Assembly (NCBI GenBank): GCA_018985225.1
Contig: JADGIF010000037.1
Coordinates: forward strand, 1 to 30,618
Length of the DNA: 30,618 nt
Source: Amoeboradix gromovi X-113
Lineage: Eukaryota > Fungi > Sanchytriomycota
Reading direction: 5' to 3'
Shown: in pieces, positions 10,455-20,346 of the stretch
Position numbering within the stretch: position 1 is the first letter of the stretch
Layout of the letters: each line of letters begins with the position of its first letter
The notes under the pieces: generated by a model
The model's database searches: none
What the model was told of the DNA's origin: nothing
Seen by the model: the letters and a program-made list of their open reading frames with translations, nothing else
Position numbers and translations under genes: made by a program

Positions 10455-11948
10455 TTATTGATCATCATCCTCAGATTCGTCTTTAGTAATCTGAGCTTGT
10501 TCGTCGTACATCCTCAACAATCGCTGGATACTGGTTGTTTCCTGTGCCGATTTGTCATTTCTGATTCGCAGAAATCTGGGAAATCTAAGCGATATCCCAC
10601 TGGTGTGCACTGGACTCTTAGTTAAGTCTGCACATTGTATCTCCCATACATGTTTAGGCTCAACCCACACGTCTGCCTCTAGTTTACATTGGTACTCTTC
10701 TGGTTTCTTGGCTACTTTTAGTGGCATCAATAAATTACTAAAAACATCCAATTCTTCATCCTTAAATCCAGTTCCTAGTTTGCATACAGTCTTATATACT
10801 TCTTCGTCCTCATCCCAAGTACCTACTACAAATGTGCCTAATCCTCCGCTTCTCTTTCCTTTCCCATAAAATGCTCCCATGACCACTAGATCAAGCGAGT
10901 CACCCATTGTGGAGTCTAAATAATCCTTCTTTAGCTTAAACCAATTCAAACTGCGCTTACTTGGCTCATAAGTTGAGTCACGGCCTAGTAATGTTTTCAG
11001 CATTAAACCTTCACATTTATTAAGCACGCTCTCATTCAAGTACTCTGTAATCTGTTCCACGTCAGTGCAGTCCTTGTTTTTTGCAAACTCAAACACATTC
11101 GACCTTTGCTTAAAGTGCTTGTACAGCAGCTCACGACGCTCATTGAACGGGTGCTGCAATAGCGACTCCCCGTTCAGGTACAGCAGGTCAAACGCCACCA
11201 CAATCACTGGTATATCGATAGAGTCCAGCATCACGTTTTTGCGCTTTCTCTTCTGGAGTGCTTGGAACGGCTGAATCCCTTCTATCGGATCGCACGCTAG
11301 GGTCTCGCAGTCCAGAATGTATGACTCAGCTTCTGTTATTGTGGGGATCAGCGCGAGCACATCCGGGTATTTGTCACTCAGGTTCTCGCTGTTGCGGCTG
11401 TAGACCCAGCAGCCCTTTTTGCTGTAATGCAGCTGCGCCCGCTCTCCGTCATATTTGTACTCGCACGTGAATGTCTTGTTTTCAAACCTGTCCAGCACCT
11501 TGGCGATGCCTTTGGTTGGGTGCGCCAGCATGGGCTTGACCGGGATACCAGGCACCAGAACACAGTTGTCCTGCAAAAGCGAGATGCCCACGCTTGGATC
11601 AAGCAGCAGGGGGATTATGAGGTCGAAGGAAGGGCACGAACAATAAACCGACTTCAATACAGACTCTGCTTCTTTTACACTGAAGCTGCTGAACTTGGCT
11701 GCTGCCTGGGAGATGCAGGTGATGAGGGTCTTGTCGCTCAGCCCGATTCGCATCCTGCCACTCAGTATACGAATGAGATACTTGGACTCAACTGCTGTAG
11801 CGGAGCCCAGAAGGACACAGATCTTGTCGATCTTGCGGGACTGGCTGTTCTTCCCGCTGGTAAGAGAGATGTCTACTAGGGTTTTGAACAGGCCGTGGAC
11901 TGTAAGTGGTTTGGGGGCTGACACGAGGATTTGGTTCTGGCGGGACAA
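10455..11948 (-). CDS. CDC9: DNA ligase I (Cdc9/LIG1), apparently N-terminally truncated, no ATG start
   Basis: PMLAHPTKG, EYKYDGERAQ (catalytic Lys), FDLLYLNGE, EGLMLK, KLKKDY, SLRFPRFLRIR.DK. The ORF begins at TTG in the middle of the DNA-binding domain, with an in-frame TAG 13 codons upstream. Confidence 0.85.
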   Translation of the reverse strand: MSRQNQILVSAPKPLTVHGLFKTLVDISLTSGKNSQSRKIDKICVLLGSATAVESKYLIRILSGRMRIGLSDKTLITCISQAAAKFSSFSVKEAESVLKSVYCSCPSFDLIIPLLLDPSVGISLLQDNCVLVPGIPVKPMLAHPTKGIAKVLDRFENKTFTCEYKYDGERAQLHYSKKGCWVYSRNSENLSDKYPDVLALIPTITEAESYILDCETLACDPIEGIQPFQALQKRKRKNVMLDSIDIPVIVVAFDLLYLNGESLLQHPFNERRELLYKHFKQRSNVFEFAKNKDCTDVEQITEYLNESVLNKCEGLMLKTLLGRDSTYEPSKRSLNWFKLKKDYLDSTMGDSLDLVVMGAFYGKGKRSGGLGTFVVGTWDEDEEVYKTVCKLGTGFKDEELDVFSNLLMPLKVAKKPEEYQCKLEADVWVEPKHVWEIQCADLTKSPVHTSGISLRFPRFLRIRNDKSAQETTSIQRLLRMYDEQAQITKDESEDDDQ

Positions 11949-12020
11949 TTGGGTTTCAAGATTAACTGCCCTTTGGCTATTAGTAATCTACTTAGAAATC
12001 CCAAACGTTATATTAAGTAC

Positions 12021-13049
12021 CTAGTTTATTAAATTAAGGTCTTGTAATAAACCTGCGTTCTTATCAGTTATACAAACTATAACCTGCTTCTTTTGTGGAA
12101 ACCTCAATCTTCCTATTCTGTGTATTAAGCTGTTCATAGTTCCCGGTGCATCGTATAAAACAATTCTATCTAAATGCACAAAATCGATTCCCCGTTCTAG
12201 CAATCTAGATGATATTAAAGTTATAGGTTTAGTGCTAGTTCTATATCTGAGAACCTTCAATGCATCTATGGTAGATATGCCGTGCTCGTCTATGGGGTTA
12301 TGGAGTATTCTAGGATCAAATTCAGAAAAATCAGAACAAAGTCGCTTTTCAGTTCCCTTTTTGTTGCAAAATATTAAAGTGTTTTTAGAGATACTAAGAA
12401 TTCCTCGCAGGGAAGCCATCATGGATTCATGGTTCGAATTCCTAGAATCTAAGTAGATCATTTGGGGAGCCTCAGTTTTTGGCTCCGCGTGTAAAGTTAA
12501 AGCATTTGGACAATTTGAATCTATAATTTTTTGAGCAGATTCAGTTAATGTAGCCCCAACAAACCATTTCCTAGTTTGAGGTCCGATTCTATGAAGAATT
12601 GGAATAGCGTTGTCCAAGTCCTGTGGGTCTAGTAACACATCCATTTCATCAAATACACAAAACTCTAATGGTTTTAGATTAAATTCATTAAAGTATTTAA
12701 GCATATAACCAGGAGTACTAACCACGAATTGTGATTTCATGTTGGTGCGCTTCTTCCTCTGATTATATCCCAGTTTCCCATGAATTATTTGTACATCACC
12801 GCCTATCATATGCATATCGTGCCCTATTTGCTCTGCCAGCAATGATGAAGGCGTTAATATTAGTGCGTTTGGTCTAAAATCATTGTTATCTGTAATAAAC
12901 TTTTGTAATTGTACCAAGTAAGCCAAAGTCTTTCCTGATCCGGTTGGCGATCTTATAACATAGTCATTCAAAGGTGCGTCCCATAACATCTGTTGTATTT
13001 TGGTAGGTTTAACAAATCTCAAGTTCAATTTTGAAAACAACTGCTGCAT
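12021..13049 (-). CDS. Minimal DEAD-box RNA helicase
   Basis: Q motif PTKIQ, SPTGSGKT, TPG, DEMD, GAT, RGID, HRIGR. Confidence 0.85.
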   Translation of the reverse strand: MQQLFSKLNLRFVKPTKIQQMLWDAPLNDYVIRSPTGSGKTLAYLVQLQKFITDNNDFRPNALILTPSSLLAEQIGHDMHMIGGDVQIIHGKLGYNQRKKRTNMKSQFVVSTPGYMLKYFNEFNLKPLEFCVFDEMDVLLDPQDLDNAIPILHRIGPQTRKWFVGATLTESAQKIIDSNCPNALTLHAEPKTEAPQMIYLDSRNSNHESMMASLRGILSISKNTLIFCNKKGTEKRLCSDFSEFDPRILHNPIDEHGISTIDALKVLRYRTSTKPITLISSRLLERGIDFVHLDRIVLYDAPGTMNSLIHRIGRLRFPQKKQVIVCITDKNAGLLQDLNLIN

Positions 13050-13099
13050 GCTTGAGAAAAGTAGACTGGAGGGGTAAAATGGAGGACAAAAAGAAAAAG

Positions 13100-13560
13100 A
13101 AATGTTGATTTATTACATGAGCGGTATCAATAAAAACCAAAAACTATGTTAATTGAATCCTTTCAGACTGTTATACTTACAATAAATCACTATCATCCGA
13201 TAATTAAAGAAAGGTGATATGGGCCACATACGAAATACATTAAAATAGAGAAGATAAAACATGAGAAATTAATACACTATGGTGATTGTGGTTACAGGCA
13301 CAACATTAATGATCATCTAAAGAGTGCTGTAAACGTCGTAGGAAGAATTGCAAAAGTTATAGTATTCGGCAATGTTGTAGAAGTTATAAGCTGGCCCAGT
13401 TTGCCCACTGTGATGTGGCAGTGGATCGAGATGTGAAAGATTGTTACAACAACCTTCCAGTAACAGAAGGTCTACCAAGATAAGTCAAAGCCCAGAATTA
13501 CAAAGAAGAGGAGTTCGCAGCAGCGAGGTGCTGTCTGAGGAACTTGTGACAAATATGTAA
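13100..13560 (+). pseudogene. Decayed Fanzor1-like remnant with 3' hairpin
   Basis: KLIHYGDCGY (~13266-13295). Open frame 13313-13483: SSKECCKRRR...SYKLAQFAHCDVAVDRDVKDCYNNL..*. Hairpin at 13511-13545. Confidence 0.75.
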
Positions 13561-14355
13561 GTTCTTTACCTGGCTAGTTCTGCATTTTAGAGACAAGCAA
13601 ACTAAAAAACTGCTTTGTCTTGTACAGTGTGTCACTGTTGGTTTATGTTTTTCAATTGTTGTTAAATAAGATTATTTCTTTGAACCCTTAAAGAACTTTT
13701 GCGTTGTGTAATTGAGAAGAATATTCCTTTGAATGGCAATAAATAAATCTAACAGTAATTTGGCTACAATTTTACTGCTTTTCTGCCTTGATTGTCTCGG
13801 TAAGATTGTTCAGTTTCCTTTGATACCTTTGTTGAGTATTTGGAGTAGATTTGAATTTACTAAAAAGGAAGATCATTTATTTAACTGGTCCTGCTTTATC
13901 CACTCTTGTGTGCATTTAACCAAACCTTGATTTACCATTCTCCTTTACTAATGTCTTGTCCAATTTAACGTACTTTCATTTCGTTCAAACGAATTACATG
14001 CAGAAATATGTATGTATGTTTCTATGAGTCCATTCGATACATTCGATGAACACAATCTCCGAGTGGACAACAAAATTAAGTGACAAAATGTTTTACGGCA
14101 CAACTTCGTAACGATAATAGTTGGAGCTGTTATTACTAATAAAGAATCAAATTACACAAGACTGAGGAAGAGAAAGGCGGAGATAGCTATGTGATTAAAT
14201 TTTTTTTGGATCAGACATCAATAAAAGACGCCCATCATGGCCCGGTGACATCAGCTAATAGTGCAAAGTATTAACTGGCTTTATCAGCGTCTTTGTAGAA
14301 ATTCTTTATTTTCTACGAGACAAGGACATTTAATGAGGGGGTTGAGATTACTTTT

Positions 14356-16149
14356 ATGAAACGCTTCAAAATCGCAGGTTTGCTGGCTTTGATTTATTTG
14401 TTATCCAACTATGACCATCTCCAGAGTGATACTATCAATTCTACTCATCTTACCAAGACACTTAAGTTCCACCACTTTAACCTAACAGATTTTTCTTTCA
14501 TTCACTCAAGTGATTGGCATTACAGTCTACACAAGACTAACAACAACATCTACAAGGTACTCAAGAATCCTCTTCCTGTTAACTTCCATTTTGTCACCGG
14601 TGATCTAGTAGATAGCAAAAGTAAAGATGGCACCACATCTCATCAATATGAATTCGAAGAGAATCAAGTAAATCATATATTATCTACTTTTCATGACAAG
14701 TATAAGCTCCAATATCCTGATTTTAAAGGGTTCTTTACAGTTCTTGGTAACCATGATATATATGATACTTTGGAACATCAAAAAGAACGCCAACATCATA
14801 TTATTGATACTAATCTTGTCAAGATAGTAATGATTGATAGCGGTCCATTTGGGCTTGGTAGACCACTTAATTTCTTTGGTTTTATTGATGATTTGGTCCT
14901 AGATATCATTGAGATGAGTCTAGATAACAAACCCATCATAATTATGGCGCATTATCCATTGTCCACTACTTTTTATTCAAAGAAACTGTTGAAAACCCTA
15001 AGGAATTATAAATATCCTGTTTATTATCTCTGTGGCCATTTGCATTATTTAAAGGAACCTTTTGGACATTACCTACAAACTACGTACAACGGTATTGTTG
15101 AACTAGAAGTGGGCGACGTTAAAGAACATTCTGCTAGTAGGTTATTTCACGTCACTGAGAAAGGAGTGTCCTTTGTTAATTTGAATAACATAAATTATAC
15201 AAACGCCATAATTACTTGGCCTTTGGACTCTAAATTTATGGTCAACGATCCACCTAAATGGGATAACTGTATACATCTCGTGAATTACGATGCCCATACA
15301 CTTCATATTTATATTAACAACGAACTAGTGCATTCGATACTGAACGCTGAAAACAAGAAATATTTTAGCTGCAACAAATCATATGAAATTGCAGAATATG
15401 TTAAAGTACACGCTATCGGTAATAATGTGCATAACCACACTGTGTATATACATACTGTTAAACCCAGTAGCTTAGACTGGAAAGAAAGAGCGATGAATTA
15501 TTTGTTCAGTTTGAATTATGCGGATAGTTTCATTCCAACATTTTATCTTTACTATATTTTACAATTTATGCTGTTAGCCAGTTTGCTCTACAGCAAAGGT
15601 AAGCATGGTCCAAATTGGATGGGCCTTAGCTCTATGAAATACACATATAGCAAGGTTTGGATAGTATTTCTTATTACATCACTGTCATTTCTGTTTATGC
15701 CAATGTTTTATGGATCATTTGCCAAGGATAACAACAGATGTAGCGTATTCGAAGCACCATTCTATCCATTTGGAACTCAATATAATGGAGAAACTGTGTT
15801 TCAATTTGATTTCTTAATTTGGGCAAATTTGTTTTTGTATTACGAAAACTTTGTGATATTCATGGGATATCACATACACATAAACAGAAATAATATAAAA
15901 AACAAATGGGTCGTCATGATATATCCCGCACTAATAATATACATGAAGTATAGGTTACTTTGGAATATGTTTATATGGTATGTGTACGAGGACGCCAACT
16001 GCTTTCAAACAAGGTGGTTGTACTACATGTGGAATTCATTTGGATTCATGCAATTAACCCTGATGCCCGTATCGTGGATATTTTTAAGATACCTTCATTT
16101 AATGACAACCAACAAGTTATCTCTTGGATTTCGACCAAAAGATTTATAA
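14356..16149 (+). CDS. TMEM62-like metallophosphoesterase with C-terminal TM helices
   Basis: Calcineurin-like motifs SDWH, TGDLVD, GNHD, HYP, CGHLH, plus PLNFFG and ELEVGD; hydrophobic C-terminal third. Confidence 0.85.
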   Translation: MKRFKIAGLLALIYLLSNYDHLQSDTINSTHLTKTLKFHHFNLTDFSFIHSSDWHYSLHKTNNNIYKVLKNPLPVNFHFVTGDLVDSKSKDGTTSHQYEFEENQVNHILSTFHDKYKLQYPDFKGFFTVLGNHDIYDTLEHQKERQHHIIDTNLVKIVMIDSGPFGLGRPLNFFGFIDDLVLDIIEMSLDNKPIIIMAHYPLSTTFYSKKLLKTLRNYKYPVYYLCGHLHYLKEPFGHYLQTTYNGIVELEVGDVKEHSASRLFHVTEKGVSFVNLNNINYTNAIITWPLDSKFMVNDPPKWDNCIHLVNYDAHTLHIYINNELVHSILNAENKKYFSCNKSYEIAEYVKVHAIGNNVHNHTVYIHTVKPSSLDWKERAMNYLFSLNYADSFIPTFYLYYILQFMLLASLLYSKGKHGPNWMGLSSMKYTYSKVWIVFLITSLSFLFMPMFYGSFAKDNNRCSVFEAPFYPFGTQYNGETVFQFDFLIWANLFLYYENFVIFMGYHIHINRNNIKNKWVVMIYPALIIYMKYRLLWNMFIWYVYEDANCFQTRWLYYMWNSFGFMQLTLMPVSWIFLRYLHLMTTNKLSLGFRPKDL

Positions 16150-16437
16150 AATAAATAAACAATTATCAATTAGATATTCTTGTAACTAAATTTTGAAGTA
16201 GCTTTAACTTAATGTTAACTCAAATAGTCATTTACCCATAGGTTCATCGTAACTGGTTTAGGAAACAGAAACGAGATTAGATGATTTAGATATATTGCTG
16301 GCGTCAGGCGGAACTCGTCAAGGATTGTGCCACTCCGTGACCCGCTGTCCTATAGCTTGGTAGTTCAAGGGTATATGTGATTTCCGAATCAGAGTTTTAA
16401 ATGTAGCCTATATGCTAATTATGGGTTTCATCAGAAT

Positions 16438-17613
16438 TCATAAAATCATCGGGCTTTTGTTGTTCCTGTTTTTGTATTTTTCTACAGCACTTGCATTCCA
16501 ATTTTGAGGAATTACCATACTGCCAACAACGTAATCGCCATTAAATAGGCAGATGGTCTGACCAGGTGTTAATGCACGTACAGGAGTATCAAAGTATATA
16601 GTGTTTTCGTGAAACGTGCAAGAAATTAGTTTGTAAGGGTGTCTTATTTTCGCCATCATTCTTGGAGTTGGTTTTCTAAACCAATGTGAGCAAGAGGCAT
16701 CTATTTTGCTGACATAAAGTAACTTGTGATTGCAATGCCCCACATATATAGTATTCTGGGACTTATGAATAACGTAGAGTTTAAAAGAGCATCCAGGCAC
16801 CTTGATACCCTGTCCGATGGTATAAAAATGAGTTCCGCGGTGCTGTTGGATAATTGCGCCTGAATCGATTTCAATAATGTTTCCGTGACTCTGCAACAAG
16901 TAATTATCAACAAACTCACCGAAGTTACGCTTCCCAATAAAGCATATTCCCATACTCTCTTTCTTATTGAGGAGATCATGGAATACGTTGCTAGATCTAG
17001 AGTAGTATTTTTTAGAGATTAATTCAGAGTATGAGGAAGAATTAGAAGCTGCAATGCTGTATGCTAACCACTTAACTTGCAACTTCAGCAAATCACCCAG
17101 AGGAAAGATCACTTTATTTAGGTTTTTGACTTGACACAAAAAGTACGACTGGTCTTTCCATATGTCTCTACCTCTCATTAGATATCCATCTTCAACTCTA
17201 CAATAATGCCCAGTGGCCATGTATTCAGTATGTATATGCTTCCTAAGTTCGTCGAATTTAATATGAGAATTGCACTCGATGTCTGGATTGGGTGTCTGAT
17301 TGTCCTGAAGTTTACAAAGGAATGGCTCAAATACTCTACTCCAATACTCTTTTTGAAGGTCTATTAACTTCAGATCTATTTCCATAAAGTCGGCTACATT
17401 TTGGGCGTAAAGATAATCCTTATGGAACGGACAACCCAAATCAAAGTTTCTTTTAATTTTCGGAATTTTGTCATTTGATGTAGGTGTGGGCCAATTCTTC
17501 ATGTATATCGCTCTAACTTTGTATCCTTGCTTTTTTAATAGAAACGCAGATATGGCTGAATCTATTCCACCTGAGAGACACACAGTGACTTGCTTTTGAA
17601 AAAGTTTTTGCAT
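16438..17613 (-). CDS. SLM3: Mitochondrial tRNA-specific 2-thiouridylase (MnmA/Slm3/TRMU)
   Basis: SGGIDS PP-loop, TPNPDIECN..IKF, ATGHY, KDQSYFL, ESMGICFIG, YTIGQ, TPGQ. First ATG at 17613. Confidence 0.92.
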   Translation of the reverse strand: MQKLFQKQVTVCLSGGIDSAISAFLLKKQGYKVRAIYMKNWPTPTSNDKIPKIKRNFDLGCPFHKDYLYAQNVADFMEIDLKLIDLQKEYWSRVFEPFLCKLQDNQTPNPDIECNSHIKFDELRKHIHTEYMATGHYCRVEDGYLMRGRDIWKDQSYFLCQVKNLNKVIFPLGDLLKLQVKWLAYSIAASNSSSYSELISKKYYSRSSNVFHDLLNKKESMGICFIGKRNFGEFVDNYLLQSHGNIIEIDSGAIIQQHRGTHFYTIGQGIKVPGCSFKLYVIHKSQNTIYVGHCNHKLLYVSKIDASCSHWFRKPTPRMMAKIRHPYKLISCTFHENTIYFDTPVRALTPGQTICLFNGDYVVGSMVIPQNWNASAVEKYKNRNNKSPMIL

Positions 17614-17638
17614 CAAATCTACTCCTGATTATTTGTAG

Positions 17639-18253
17639 ATGTTGGTATTTCAAGCTATCATGTGCACATCATTTTTATTTCTTTTAGCCGATATACCTTT
17701 ATTTTTCAAATCTAGATTATTGCTAGGTTTAGTTTTCTCATTGTCTCTTTATTCCTGGGAAATTGATACTCTGTGTACTTTTTTTATTTTGTGGTCAGTA
17801 CCAATTGTCACACCGTCCATCTTGCTATTCGAATTGTTGAATTCTGATTTAAATACACCAGATAGAGTTTATGTTCCACAGTTTAAATATAGATGGCTTC
17901 TATTCATACCTATTATTTTAAATCTATTTGTTTTAAAGGTTCTAAGTAGAATGACTGTTTATGTTTACCTAGCTACACAATTGGTTTTATTTGTATCTGT
18001 GTTTATATTTATTCGACGATCATTCAATTACCTTCCAGTTGAAATTATATATAATTCTTCCTTTGTTATGTTTGATGTGCTGTTTTCCTACTGTTACTTT
18101 CAGATCAATATAATTGATGTAGACTACCACTCAACGATAAATTATTATTCAATTCGCCTTACTATTTTTACCTGGATATTCTGGTTTATAGTTCCATTTT
18201 TGCTTCACAGATATACTTGGAATCTACTGGTACGGTTATTACACAAGTCCTAG
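17639..18253 (+). CDS. Hypothetical very hydrophobic membrane protein
   Basis: 204-aa ORF that is almost all TM-like segments. The start may be ATG 17660. Confidence 0.55.
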   Translation: MLVFQAIMCTSFLFLLADIPLFFKSRLLLGLVFSLSLYSWEIDTLCTFFILWSVPIVTPSILLFELLNSDLNTPDRVYVPQFKYRWLLFIPIILNLFVLKVLSRMTVYVYLATQLVLFVSVFIFIRRSFNYLPVEIIYNSSFVMFDVLFSYCYFQINIIDVDYHSTINYYSIRLTIFTWIFWFIVPFLLHRYTWNLLVRLLHKS

Positions 18254-18302
18254 CAGAGCTATGCCTGCAAAATATTTATAACGTGCTGGCTGCTTTTTCA
18301 AT

Positions 18303-18560
18303 AGCTTGTTTTGCTAATTGATGAGACTCTCATATACTACCATCTCTTTAAGGGCCACTGAGGTAATACCAAGGATTACTAGAATGCGTGGTAAATAGGA
18401 CAGGAGCCTGTTTCCTGGTGTGTGTATGCAGCGGCTAGTTCACTAGAAGAATGCGTTCTATGTGTCGCGGTAATGCGTTAGTACGTAACATATTCTGGCT
18501 GTGGTGATATGAAGACATTTGCCTTAAATGGAGTGAGTATTCTGATTATTCAACTAAAGT
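18303..18560 (+). pseudogene. Decayed Fanzor/TnpB C-terminal remnant
   Basis: LVLLIDE (18305-18325), then FLVCVCSG*...CRGNALVRNIFWL (RuvC-III-like at 18466-18492). Confidence 0.5.
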
Positions 18561-18620
18561 ATTCTAGAAAGTGGGCATATTCCAGAGGTGAAACAGAAGT
18601 AATGCCGATAAATGGTTTAT

Positions 18621-19199
18621 TTAATTAGAATCGATGACTGTTTTAGCATTTTTTAAGATCTCATCGACTGTCCATTGGTCACCAGCATTCTTTCCATAAT
18701 ATATCTTCACTATTTTCCCGTTTGAGCAATCAATTATGGCATCCATTGGCAATAATTTCGATCCTCCTTCTTCTTTTTTAGGATTAGAAAATTGTTTTGT
18801 GATTTTTTTACCAGCTATAATTGCTTTGATCACGCTGAATTTCATCATTTTAATCATACTTCCGTTTTTACAACCAAAAGCTTTATAAATCTGCTTAGAC
18901 GGATCTGCTACGAATTCTAGACCAGCAGACCATGTAGCTTTTCCCTGGTTCTCTTGAATTACTTTTTTTTCGGAATGTAATACAATCACCTCACGAATCA
19001 ATGCATCCTTGAGATCCTTTAGATGGGTAGATATCGCTACCATTTTTAAATTACAAATGGGACATCCGGAGAATCGTCTCAAGCTTAAGTGAATCAAACC
19101 ATTGCTACCCTTGAGATCAATCTTAGCATCTGAGATTGTTGTTATGCTATCTATTGGTACGATGTCACCCTCTTGTAAATGCTTTTGAAAACTTACCAT
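18621..19199 (-). CDS. AhpC/TSA-like (peroxiredoxin-like, thioredoxin fold) protein
   Basis: HLSLRRFSGCPICNL (CxxC), ADPSKQIYKAFG, LPMDAIID..GKI...YG....DQW. Probable ATG at 19199. Confidence 0.85.
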   Translation of the reverse strand: MVSFQKHLQEGDIVPIDSITTISDAKIDLKGSNGLIHLSLRRFSGCPICNLKMVAISTHLKDLKDALIREVIVLHSEKKVIQENQGKATWSAGLEFVADPSKQIYKAFGCKNGSMIKMMKFSVIKAIIAGKKITKQFSNPKKEEGGSKLLPMDAIIDCSNGKIVKIYYGKNAGDQWTVDEILKNAKTVIDSN

Positions 19200-19484
19200 T
19201 TGAATAAAAATTATTTCGAAACAAAACGTGATATTGCTGCTGATTACTAACAATTTACAGACACGCATATAAAATATCTAATTTTGGTTTTATTTTATAA
19301 GTAGACTATTTAACGTTGTTGAAAAAACAACTTCTTGAATTATTTATTCAGCTAACTCTTTCCAAAGGCTGGTTCTAATGACCAAGGCAGCGTAAACAAC
19401 CTTATTCTTCTGTCCGTTTTCATCCTAAGCTGTTGACTAGTATACGGCACAGTTTCTGTAATTCAAACTCCTAGGACTTGTAAC

Positions 19485-19670
19485 ATGGATTTTTCAAAAT
19501 TAACCACGGCCCAACTTTTGCATTATATGCATACGTTCAAGATTCCACTTCCCGAGAACTCGAGTAGATTCAATCTGCTGAAATGTGTGAGAGATCATTA
19601 TGCGGAATCCGATGTTGATGAGCTAAGTTGCATGATTAATTTTATATATAAAAACAAGATAGGAGCTTAA
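19485..19670 (+). CDS. SAP30 Sin3-binding-domain small protein
   Basis: DFSKL....L..Y...FKI...SR..L...V..HY....VDE...M.NFIY pattern. Confidence 0.75.
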   Translation: MDFSKLTTAQLLHYMHTFKIPLPENSSRFNLLKCVRDHYAESDVDELSCMINFIYKNKIGA

Positions 19671-19687
19671 TAAAGAGTTTATTTACG

Positions 19688-20173
19688 TTATTGGTAATAT
19701 TTGTCTCTTACTTGTTTGGTTTCTTTTAAATAATTTAACATGAGAGGTTTTTCAAGCGTACCATCAGTCCATTTTTTGGTCATAAACACACTAGCTATTA
19801 AACCAGACAACCCCATTGCAGTTCCGAACATTACTCCACGACCCAGCTGCCCTTTCCTAACTCCTAAATATATTCCGCTAGCTAATAAAGCAGTGGCAAA
19901 AGGAACCTTCTCAGACGTAGCAAACTGTTTTACAAACATTTGAGTAGACATGAACACTAATCCTAGACCACCATATTTCAGAGTGTACCTGCTGTACATA
20001 GCTAGTTGGTTACTTGTTAAAAAAGGATTATTAAGTTGTTTGAACAATCCCAGTCCTAGGCCATATAAACCGCTAACTATCGTGAATTTTACGGTATTTT
20101 CTATATTGGGATTTAATGCATAACTTAATACACCCTCGTTAGATTGAGAGAATGGTGAAAGTAATTCAGTCAT
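19688..20173 (-). CDS. Tim17/22/23-family inner-membrane protein (possibly NDUFA11-like)
   Basis: Four Gly-rich TM segments with GxxxG motifs; 161 aa. Confidence 0.6.
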   Translation of the reverse strand: MTELLSPFSQSNEGVLSYALNPNIENTVKFTIVSGLYGLGLGLFKQLNNPFLTSNQLAMYSRYTLKYGGLGLVFMSTQMFVKQFATSEKVPFATALLASGIYLGVRKGQLGRGVMFGTAMGLSGLIASVFMTKKWTDGTLEKPLMLNYLKETKQVRDKYYQ

Positions 20174-20346
20174 GTATTCAAAGTTTCAGGGATAGAGTAA
20201 ACAGAAGAGTCTTGTTAAATTGATTAATTGACACGAAATATAATTCCAGAGAAGAACAGAAATGGTCTGAGCGAACTTTTCTCTCTTTCGGTATTTGAAA
20301 ATTTGAAAAACATCAAATTTAATAATTTTAAGGAGCTAACAAGGAT

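Noticed and set aside
11977-12020. GTACTT...CTAATAG intron fusing the helicase and ligase
   Set aside because: It lies after the helicase stop, and the upstream frame matching the ligase contains TAA TAA.
10552-12024. Several overlapping short ORFs across the ligase
   Set aside because: Antisense or shadow ORFs favoured by locally high GC; no recognisable motifs.
13700-14340. Further remnant fragments (FDEHN, IVGAVI) in this spacer
   Set aside because: Too degenerate to support by eye.
16230-16430. Minus-strand ILDEFR / DASNI as another Fanzor remnant
   Set aside because: Only two very short motifs, within chance expectation.
18230-18253. Possible 24-nt intron GTACGG...CCTAG extending the membrane protein to 18304
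   Set aside because: Plausible but less AT-rich than the supported introns, and no recognisable homology to test it.
19182-19196. Possible 15-nt intron GTAAGTTTTCAAAAG right after the AhpC ATG
   Set aside because: In frame, stop-less, ends AAG rather than TTAG, and is not needed to restore the protein. Needs RNA data.
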